Assembly: GCF_001194135.2 (NCBI RefSeq)
Contig: NC_069000.1
Location: 39,080,534 to 39,127,765 of the forward strand
Length of the DNA: 47,232 bases
Source: Octopus bimaculoides
Lineage: Eukaryota
Reading direction: 5' to 3'
A program made the translations under genes and the position numbers. Below the pieces are notes generated by a model. It was not told the origin of the DNA and made no database searches. It saw nothing but the letters and a program-made list of their open reading frames with translations. Positions 37,626-47,232 of this stretch are shown here, in pieces (within the stretch, counting starts at the first letter, position 1; every line of letters starts with the position of its first letter).

Positions 37626-38440
37626 NNNNNNNNNNNNNNNNNNNNNNNNNNNNNNNNNNNNNNNNNNNNNNNNNNNNNNNNNNNNNNNNNNNNNNNNNNN
37701 NNNNNNNNNNNNNNNNNNNNNNNNNNNNNNNNNNNNNNNNNNNNNNNNNNNNNNNNNNNNNNNNNNNNNNNNNNNNNNNNNNNNNNNNNNNNNNNNNNNN
37801 NNNNNNNNNNNNNNNNNNNNNNNNNNNNTATATATATAAATATAATGTGAGAAAGAGAAAATGGTATTCAGAAGATTCTTTAATAATTTTAACGATACCG
37901 TCCACCTATGCTGGAGATTCTGGACAACTGGTAGTGGCATATCCTTCGTTGCTGATCTATCTTGTCTGAAACTTTATCAAAAGATACCTCGCTCAAGGGT
38001 ATACGACTTTATATGTTTTAAATTACCTTTCTAAGGATAAAATGCTGTAATATCTGTGAGCTATTGCTGTTTTATTTTTATTTGAATAGAGATGGTATCT
38101 ATAGTGTTGTTCTATTTCATGTATTCACAACACGAGCAGCTGCTAGAATCTCGTTGACCGTCTATTTTACTTCATGAGCGAACGATATTTTGCACACAAA
38201 TTTGTAGTCTGCATCGTGATATCAACCCAGCTATCCTGTTGAACAAATTATTCCTGGTTGGAAATGTATATATCGTGTTCTTTATAAGAGCTATTTTCGA
38301 ACACACATACTCACACACACACATGCACTTACACACACGCATACACACAGATACACACGCAAACACACACACCCACACACACATACGCACGCACGCACAC
38401 ACACACACGCACACACACACACATATATATATATATATAC

Positions 38441-38478
<38 letters not shown>

Positions 38479-38878
38479 NNNNNNNNNNNNNNNNNNNNNN
38501 NNNNNNNNNNNNNNNNNNNNNNNNNNNNNNNNNNNNNNNNNNNNNNNNNNNNNNNNNNNNNNNNNNNNNNNNNNNNNNNNNNNNNNNNNNNNNNNNNNNN
38601 NNNNNNNNNNNNNNNNNNNNNNNNNNNNNNNNNNNNNNNNNNNNNNNNNNNNNNNNNNNNNNNNNNNNNNNNNNNNNNNNNNNNNNNNNNNNNNNNNNNN
38701 NNNNNNNNNNNNNNNNNNNNNNNNNNNNNNNNNNNNNNNNNNNNNNNNNNNNNNNNNNNNNNNNNNNNNNNNNNNNNNNNNNNNNNNNNNNNNNNNNNNN
38801 NNNNNNNNNNNNNNNNNNNNNNNNNNNNNNNNNNNNNNNNNNNNNNNNNNNNNNNNNNNNNNNNNNNNNNNNNNNNNN

Positions 38879-38913
<35 letters not shown>

Positions 38914-38983
38914 GTAAGCGCGTTTGGTAAGCACGTGTAAAATAGAGACATTTTTAAAGGATATTAGATGTGTATGAACACAT

Positions 38984-39019
<36 letters not shown>

Positions 39020-39876
39020 ACAGAAACGCACACACGTACACATGAATACACACATCTTCGCGCGCGTGCACACACACAAACAGGCCTGTCACTGCAGTAA
39101 TAGTAGTATTATTATTTAGAGATGATACAAAATAATAGGCTGTATATGCCATTATTTTTTCTTTCTCATGCATAGCCGCGTATGTCGACAGCATATTGAC
39201 ATTTCTAATCGGTACACACATATATTCTAAAAGAAATATGTTACCGTAAGAAAATATTAGAAATAAACACTACTTGTTGTATCATTTTGTTTTATCGAAC
39301 ATGTGTGCGTGTATGTGCGTTAAAATGCTTATACGTCTGTCTTAGACTTTGAATAAGTATTTGTGTGGTTTTCTTTGAGAATCCATATGTGCAACCATGT
39401 ACATTTAAAAAAAAAAATTTATACTTAAAGCGAGGAAATTATACGGTGTATTGGAAAATCGAGTCATTGGGTTTTATAAACATTTTTCATTTAGGAAACA
39501 TAGAATGAAAGCATAAAGAAGAAAATGTCAGATAACAGACTTATAAAATGAAAGCGAGAGAAGGAGAGAGAAAGAGAGAGGGAGAGAGATGAGGGGCAGA
39601 AAGAGAAATAGAGAATAAAAGAGATGGATATTAACTACATTGCTGTCGCGTAGTTGTGATTGTCATACGCGTAGACATCATGGTCGGACTTGCCTATAAT
39701 CAGTGACTTTATGTGAGTGTCATAGTATACGTATTATACATTGCTAATTATACGAAAATAAAATTCTTGCTAGTTATAGCAACATATGAGGCTGCAGTAT
39801 CTCACTGGTTTTAAGATGTTTCTATATAAACATACGTACACACGAACACAACCACACATACACACGCACACACACG

Positions 39877-39937
<61 letters not shown>

Positions 39938-40574
39938 NNNNNNNNNNNNNNNNNNNNNNNNNNNNNNNNNNNNNNNNNNNNNNNNNNNNNNNNNNNNNNN
40001 NNNNNNNNNNNNNNNNNNNNNNNNNNNNNNNNNNNNNNNNNNNNNNNNNNNNNNNNNNNNNNNNNNNNNNNNNNNNNNNNNNNNNNNNNNNNNNNNNNNN
40101 NNNNNNNNNNNNNNNNNNNNNNNNNNNNNNNNNNNNNNNNNNNNNNNNNNNNNNNNNNNNNNNNNNNNNNNNNNNNNNNNNNNNNNNNNNNNNNNNNNNN
40201 NNNNNNNNNNNNATATATATATATATAATATTTATGTTCTGATCCCCGTGCCTTGAGCGTATGCCCTGACACTTCACCACCATCTACATCTGTCTCAGTC
40301 TCCTTTCTCGCCCATGCTATTTACAGTTTGATCTTCCTGTCCCACCCAGGGGTATGCCCTGGAATACCATATCTTTCCCGGTTGCACTTTCATTCTCACT
40401 CTCTCCCAATTTCCCCCCGCCCTGTCTGTCTGTCTGTCTCTCTCATTCTTGATTACTAATTCTATCTCTTTCTTTCTCTTGCACTCTCTCCCTCTTTTAA
40501 TGCCGCTTTCTGAAAGGAACTTTGTATTGCAACTTGTCTAGTGACCCCCGCCTCTATTGAAGCTTCCTTTCCAC

Positions 40575-40735
40575 ACGACAAACTGGTAGGTGTTTGGAAG
40601 AGCATCCAGCAGTAAAAAAAACCATGCCAAAACAGACGTCACCAGTGCTGGTAACATGTAATAAGCACTCAATCCGTTCTGTAAGGTGGTCGGTATTAGG
40701 AAGAGCATCCAATCGTAAAAACCCTGTAACAACTG
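40575..40735 (+). mobile_element. Retroposon-derived fragment with a duplicated GGAAGAGCATCCA..GTAAAAA motif (RTE-related 3' end-like)
   Basis: The motif occurs twice (about 40594 and 40699) and resembles the AGGAAGGGCATCCAGCCGTAAAA motif recalled from RTE-related retroposons. Confidence 0.45.
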
Positions 40736-40750
40736 ACAGTGACGGCTAAG

Positions 40751-40848
<98 letters not shown>

Positions 40849-41514
40849 TGTGTGCACGTTTGAATGGCGTGTATGCCACAAGGCTTACCCCAATGCTTTG
40901 TTTGCTTTTCTATCAATATTTCAGTCAAAACCTGCCTTAGATAATTAGTCGAAGTTATATAATTGTTACAATATATCAGGAATGCAACATGATGGCCACA
41001 TATAACACGCATACAGACCTACATTTAAATTTTATTTATTAATTCCCGGTATTGTGTGACATTAAATCATTCTTTAACACCCTCCACCCTATAACAGAGA
41101 AAATTTCCTACCATATATATCATATATGTCATATTTCTGAATATTCATATTTTCCTCAAATAAACAGACGCACTCTATAATCGTTCTTCACTTCAGCTAT
41201 ATTATTGTTTATTTTTGTTTCTGCTTAAAAAGGGACATAAAGAATGACCCAAACAGAACAGGAGGAAATACGTGGGTCAGTGAGTCACTGAAGACGTCAC
41301 ATGATGTATGACGAAAGGTTTCCGGACAAAGAACACTAAAATAAGAACAATAATACAGCTAGTGTGAAGAACGTCCATATTGTGCTTGTGATTATTTGGC
41401 AAACATAAAGAAGCAAAACGACCATCCTGAAATATAAACAATATCTGTTTCAACACACGATTACACATCAGGAATCTTGAGAAATAAATACATAAATGTA
41501 CATGTGTGTGTGTG

Positions 41515-41640
41515 GAGAGAGATAGAGAGAGAGATAGAGAGAGATAGAGAGTGAGAGAGATAGAGAGAGAGAAAGAGAGCGTGAGAGTGAGAGAGTGAGA
41601 GAGAGAGAGTGAAAGTGAATGTGAAAGTGAAAGTGCGAGT
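41515..41640. repeat. (GA)n/(GAAAGT)n purine-rich microsatellite
   Basis: Direct read of the sequence. Confidence 0.9.
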
Positions 41641-43139
41641 TGCAAGAAAATAAATCGGGTATAAGGATTCTGTCTGCCCGTTCTGAAGTCTTTCTAATTA
41701 AAGGTACATGAGCATTAGGCTATAGGAAACTACATAATGAGTAGTTGCTTCAATCGTGCGATCACCTGTAGTCAGTAAAGGCACAATTTTCTGTAGTCAT
41801 GAATCATTGTAGCTTGCCACATGAACAGGAGGAATATTTTTACAGTTATACACATTGAAGTATCACTTAACCAAATATTTGATCAAAAAGCATTAAACGA
41901 CTTCCTCAGCAACGATATAAAATGGAATATTTATATGAGCAATCGAACTCAAGTTTGGAATGGATTCAGAGATAAGAAGGCAGCTGCTACTTTTTACCTT
42001 AAGCTGTATCTTTATCATATATATTTATTCCATCTTCTCTACTTAACCTCATACCCCTAAAAGCATAGAAACGATTATAAAATAAAATGCATATGCTTTA
42101 TATTCGATTAATCAATGATGTATTCCAGTAACTCTATATTCGCATATTTCTATAGTTCAACATTTTCCTTTTACCAATAAATGACAGATTTATTCAGTTG
42201 AATAGCATAATAAAATAGCTATTCAATATTCTCAAATCTTCATATATTCTTTTAAAATTTGAATTGCAATAGTATATTTTACAAAGACAACACAAATAGA
42301 TTTACTTCGAGTCGAAAGATCGTAGGCATTGTGTAGTAATTTCACTTGCGCAAACAGAAAACGAATTTTAAATTATTGGATAGCTATGAACATAATTTCA
42401 GTTCTAACTCAACTGAATATATTGAAATACGAGTAAAGCAAAAAAATAAATGTGTAAAATATATATAAACTGCATCATAAAAGACACGAAATATATCAAT
42501 AGAGTAAAATTGGGGAATGTGATATTTTGACGTTTATACACCATGAATATACATACACGTACATACATTCATACTGTCGATGGTTTGCTCAAAGTAATTC
42601 AAAGTTGTTGGCTATAACATTTTTATTACATGGTACACACCATTAAATTGCACATGTTGGTAAAGTAACTATTCCTCTATACAAAGGCAGAACACTACAC
42701 AAACTCTAAACGTAATGTACTTGTAATGATGTTGCATCCATTTCTCGAATTGTTTAAAAAAAATTCACATACTCACTGTTTTATCCACTTATTCCTAACT
42801 ATTTGTTTATTCCTAATTATTTCTTTCCGAAGACTCTTCTTCATTTGAAATAACAGAAATGAAAATAAGAAACCCAGATCTAGGCCACACCTTGGACGGG
42901 GAACCAGCTCGATTTGCCGATTGTCCCTTTTGCTTACAAAGATGTGTTTGGTCGCGCATTAACGTGGGGGATGTGAACTGGTTTCGGATTCAGTGAGAAA
43001 GAATAAATTTTATTCATCCAAATATTTACCATGACATTTGGTACGGATCACTGGCTCTCAAATGTTTGAGGCCTTGGATTAGAAGTGTGACGTCATTACA
43101 TGGACTGGGCTTTATAGGCACATTTCATACCCTGTCACC

Positions 43140-43802
43140 AAATTAGCAAAAAACAAAGTGTCCTTACTGGCTCCAGACTCTTCCAGCAACCAGAGCAGAA
43201 ATCCATCGTCTCCTCCTTCAAATTTGTTGTCAACTGCTGAGATACCCAGCAATTGACAGCAAATACCCAATGTCTTCCACAACCGCCTGTAATGCATTAC
43301 GTTCACAGTTAAATTTGCAGCAAGCTCAGGTATTTTAATTCGTTTGTCTGAATGAGTTACATTATCAACTCGCTTGTTATTTCTCTCAGTCATTACAGTC
43401 TGATGAACTCCACTGCAGAGTTCGTCGTCAATACTGTTTTCTCATCATTTAAACTCCTATATCAATCGGGAAGAGAACCTGAAACTTGCGTCTCGAAAGA
43501 TGGACCGTTATGAAAACCTCCTCGAGAAATGTGAAGACGCAGGCTGGAAAGCGGAGCATTTTCCAATCGAAGTCGGATGTAGAGGATTTGTAGGAAACAG
43601 TGTGAAACGACTGCTGTTATCGTTAGGCCTAACTCATTGTAAGGTAAATACCACCATGACCGATATCCAAACTACAGTGGAGAAGGCTAGCCACTGGATT
43701 TGGTTAAAAAGAGACGATGAGCGATGGCTAGAGAAATATTGAGCTTTGTTTAATAATCAGTTGGTCTAGCAAGCGGGGCCTCATATCAGTGAGGGGGACC
43801 GG
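43140..43802 (+). mobile_element. 5'-truncated HERO-clade (R2-group, RLE) non-LTR retrotransposon: endonuclease C-terminus plus 3' UTR
   Basis: Frame 43467-43742 reads REENLKLASRKMDRYENLLEKCEDAGWKAEHFPIEVGCRGF...VEKASHWIWLKRD. This matches the HERO pattern WEEN..A.ERK..Y..L...C...GW.....PVEVGCRGF...AEKAS.WLW.KR. Decayed upstream frames retain NLLSTAE and QLTA. Confidence 0.85.
43500..43742 (+). pseudogene. Restriction-like endonuclease domain fragment of the HERO element
   Basis: 80-aa ORF with EVGCRGF and EKASHWIWLKR motifs. The upstream region is frameshifted, so it is not an intact gene. Confidence 0.8.
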
Positions 43803-44455
43803 NNNNNNNNNNNNNNNNNTATATATATATAATACAGCTTGTTTATTAATATAATACAAACTTATGCGTACATACATACATACATACATACATACACACA
43901 CACGCACATATAGCTATAGCTACGTGTATATAAATGTCTGCAGATGTATAGGTGTTTGTGTGTAATAAGATAAAACTCCGTCAATACGTCTTGATTATGA
44001 ATATATTTTATTGAAATACAAATCTTATATCTATCATAGAGATATATTTATTATCACAAACAAAATATAATTAAAGTACAATACATTAGAGCTACTGCAG
44101 TTATAAGGTAAGTGTGTCAGCTTAATAAATTATTTATTGGTGACATCGGTTTTCAATCGTGACACATTTCTCTCTTAACTGCCAAAACTTCGCTTATTCT
44201 ATTGCCTATATTTTCAGAGTGCGTAATTAGAAATTCTTAATAGACGTACAGTATAAGAGTTCTAATCCTTGTTTCGTAAACAGACATAAATTTACTAACG
44301 TTCACATCTCTCCTCCTCCTTTGAATTAATCCAGATTCTTTTCTTCGCTGAATATTATGAACAGTTATGATTCTTCGTCTTCCGTTTCACTTTACTTCTT
44401 GTATTTCTGTATTTATTTTCATTTTCATATACATATATTTTCAGTGTTTTTATTG

Positions 44456-44829
44456 TGGAGGCCCAGTGGCCCAGTGGTTATGGCTGCGGACTCACGGTTA
44501 TAGGATCGCGGTTTCGATTCCCAGATCGGGCGTTGTGAGTGTTTATTGAGCGAAAACACCTAAAACTCCACAAGTCTCTGGCAGGAGATGGTGGCGAACC
44601 TGCTGTACCTTTTCACCACCACTTTCTCTCACTCTTACTTCCTGTTTCTTTTGTGCCTGTAATTCAAAGAGTCAGCCTTGTCACGCTGAATATCCTCGAG
44701 AACTATGTTAAGGGTACACGTGTCTGTGGAGTGCTCAGCCACTTGCACGTTAATTTCACGAGCAGGCTGTTCCGTTGATCGGATCAACTGGAACCCTGGA
44801 CGTCGTAAGCGACGGAGTGCCACCAACAA
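44456..44829 (+). mobile_element. Full-length SINE family C with a degenerate TSD
   Basis: A-box TGGCCCAGTGG, B-box GGTTTCGATTCCC and a (CAA)n-like tail. Flanks are ATTTTCAGTGTTTTTATT and ATTTTCATTGATTTTGTATT. Paralog at 9641. Confidence 0.9.
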
Positions 44830-44984
44830 TTTTCATTGATTTTGTATTCATAGCTATATTAATTCTTTTCACTAACCAAAACATCATTGGGAATATTCTT
44901 CTCTCATTCTTAATTTATAATCCTTCTTTTCAAACTTCACAGTTATGTTTTTCTACTAGCTCACTCTTCTCTGTTCTTTCATTT

Positions 44985-45136
44985 AGTTAATTGAGTGCGG
45001 ACAGGCTGGAACACTGCCTTTCGACCCGGGACTTATTCTTTGTAAGCCTAGTACTTATACGATAGGTCTCTTCTGTCGAACCGCTAAGTTACGGGGACGT
45101 AAGCACACTAACATCGTTTGTCAAGCGATGTGGGGA

Positions 45137-45190
<54 letters not shown>

Positions 45191-45205
45191 AATACACACA
45201 CACAC
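44985..45205 (-). mobile_element. SINE family B 3' part with a (CA)n tract
   Basis: TCGACCCGGGACTTATTCTTTGTAAGCCTAGTACTTA..GAACCGCTAAGTTACGGGGACGTAA. Confidence 0.85.
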
Positions 45206-46566
45206 GCATATGTATAAGAAAAGAAAATGGAGAGATGAAATTTAATAATTATTTATTAATAAATTGACAAGTCTTACTTCCTACAGCTGTTTCCATTTGT
45301 GCTCATGAAATAAATTACAAATTTCTATTTTTGATNNNNNNNNNNNNNNNNNNNNNNNNNNNNNNNNNNNNNNNNNNNNNNNNNNNNNNNNNNNNNNNNN
45401 NNNNNNNNNNNNNNNNNNNNNNNNNNNNNNNNNNNNNNNNNNNNNNNNNNNNNNNNNNNNNNNNNNNNNNNNNNNNNNNNNNNNNNNNNNNNNNNNNNNN
45501 NNNNNNNNNNNNNNNNNNNNNNNNNNNNNNNNNNNNNNNNNNNNNNNNNNNNNNNNNNNNNNNNNNNNNNNNNNNNNNNNNNNNNNNNNNNNNNNNNNNN
45601 NNNNNNNNNNNNNNNNNNNNNNNNNNNNNNNNNNNNNNNNNNNNNNNNNNNNNNNNNNNNNNNNNNNNNNNNNNNNNNNNNNNNNNNNNNNNNNNNNNNN
45701 NNNNNNNNNNNNNNNNNNNNNNNNNNNNNNNNNNNNNNNNNNNNNNNNNNNNNNNNNNNNNNNNNNNNNNNNNNNNNNNNNNNNNNNNNNNNNNNNNNNN
45801 NNNNNNNNNNNNNNNNNNNNNNNNNNNNNNNNNNNNNNNNNNNNNNNNNNNNNNNNNNNNNNNNNNNNNNNNNNNNNNNNNNNNNNNNNNNNNNNNNNNN
45901 NNNNNNNNNNNNNNNNNNNNNNNNNNNNNNNNNNNNNNNNNNNNNNNNNNNNNNNNNNNNNNNNNNNNNNNNNNNNNNNNNNNNNNNNNNNNNNNNNNNN
46001 NNNNNNNNNNNNNNNNNNNNNNNNNNNNNNNNNNNNNNNNNNNNNNNNNNNNNNNNNNNNNNNNNNNNNNNNNNNNNNNNNNNNNNNNNNNNNNNNNNNN
46101 NNNNNNNNNNAGCGAACGGGTCCCTTTACGGGATACGAACGGGTCCTCTTACGAAATATTTACCTTTTTTAAGTCATTTTCACTGAAAATTTTTTTAATT
46201 ATGTCAAAAATAAATTTTTGTAATGATTGTCACCTAAAAATTCTTTTCATAAAAATTAAAATACTGTCTGTTTAAAGAAAGCTAAATATAAGTACTTACT
46301 TTACAAACAACTTGTATTTTTGAAATCACATTCATTTTAAAATATTTCTAAATGATTAAAATATTGTGTTTAACAAAAGCGAAAATAGAAACATTTACTG
46401 TAAAAACAACGCGTATTGTTTTGTTGGCAAGTTAAAGTCACTAAGACTTTTGCCCAGATCATGAAGTTTCTCTTGAAAATACAGAAGACATTGATCATGA
46501 TGTCTAATCGAAACGGTAGATTTTCTTCGTTTTCAGTTTTATGTTATTTGCAGAGTATTTTCCTAT

Positions 46567-46790
46567 TGTGAGTGGATTTCGTAGACGGAAACTGAAAGAA
46601 GCCCGTCGTATCTATATATGTGATTTCCCCACCCACCATCGCTTAACAACTGATATTGGTGTGTTTGTGTCCCCGTAACTTAGTGGTTCGGCAAAGAGAC
46701 AGATAGAAAAAAGTACTAGGCTTACAAAGAGTAAACTTCGGTTCGATTTGTTCGACTAAAACCCATTAATGTGGTGCTCCAGCATTGCCT
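46567..46790 (+). mobile_element. SINE family B lacking its head and extreme 3' end
   Basis: GTGAGTGGATTT.GTAGACGGAAACTGAAAGAAGCCCGTCG..CCCCGTAACTTAG.GGTTCGGCA..GTGCTCCAGCAT. Confidence 0.88.
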
Positions 46791-46797
46791 TAATGTT

Positions 46798-47109
46798 TGC
46801 TTTCCTGTTTAACAACATCGGAAATCTGCAATGGCTCCATCACCGCTGTCTCGGCTATAACCTTGAATCTCCAGTAATTCGTTACAGCACTTATCTAGCG
46901 TACTTAGATTTACAGGCGATCGTTTAGATGTAAACTAAACCCCTATACTTTGGGAGTTTATGTGACCTAAACGATGATCTAGAGGGTTAGGTACGCGAGG
47001 TAAGTGGTATAACGGATTACTGGGGTTCCAAGCTTATAGCTGAGATGTTAGTTATGGAGCCATTGTAGATTTCCAATGCAGCGGGTAAATAATTGTTAAA
47101 CAGTAGAGC

Positions 47110-47110
<1 letters not shown>
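46798..47110. repeat. ~313-bp imperfect foldback (long hairpin)
   Basis: 46820-46933 pairs without gaps with 47074-46961 (69/88 identity in the outer part). An outer stem 46798-46818 pairs with 47076-47110 around a 14-nt bulge. The loop is about 9 nt at 46944-46952. Confidence 0.92.
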
Positions 47111-47140
<30 letters not shown>

Positions 47141-47232
47141 TATATATATAAAGTGTAGTATATTGCCACTTAAGTGTGGCTGACCCCTAGGGGTGGATGT
47201 TACTGTTGCTTTTAGCCCCAGGAGGACATCTC

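Noticed and set aside
43112-43393. 93-aa minus-strand ORF
   Set aside because: It is antisense to the decayed HERO ORF and has no recognisable motif.
47150-47232. GC-richer segment at the window end, possibly the start of another repeat
   Set aside because: It is truncated by the window boundary and has no paralog inside the window to support a call.

Overview
AT-rich eukaryotic non-coding DNA, probably intronic or intergenic. It is most consistent with an octopus genome; this is an inference from the SINE families and the extreme microsatellite density. The assembly is draft quality: 19 N-gaps, most flanked by simple repeats. I can support no host protein-coding gene, and nearly all listed ORFs are N-gap, microsatellite or SINE artefacts. 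The window contains many tRNA-derived SINE copies from about four families, a 3' fragment of a HERO-type non-LTR retrotransposon, duplicated R4/Dong-like LINE 3' ends, a mariner-derived MITE amplified into a ~146-bp tandem array, a probable hAT-like MITE and many microsatellites. The most unusual signals are four inverted-repeat structures in otherwise unique DNA: a pri-miRNA-like hairpin with correctly spaced basal UG and CNNC motifs (31523-31630), a ~313-bp imperfect foldback (46798-47110), a perfect 62-bp spacerless palindrome (33433-33494) and a perfect 23-bp inverted pair (2654-2795). All alignments were done by eye; no database search was run.
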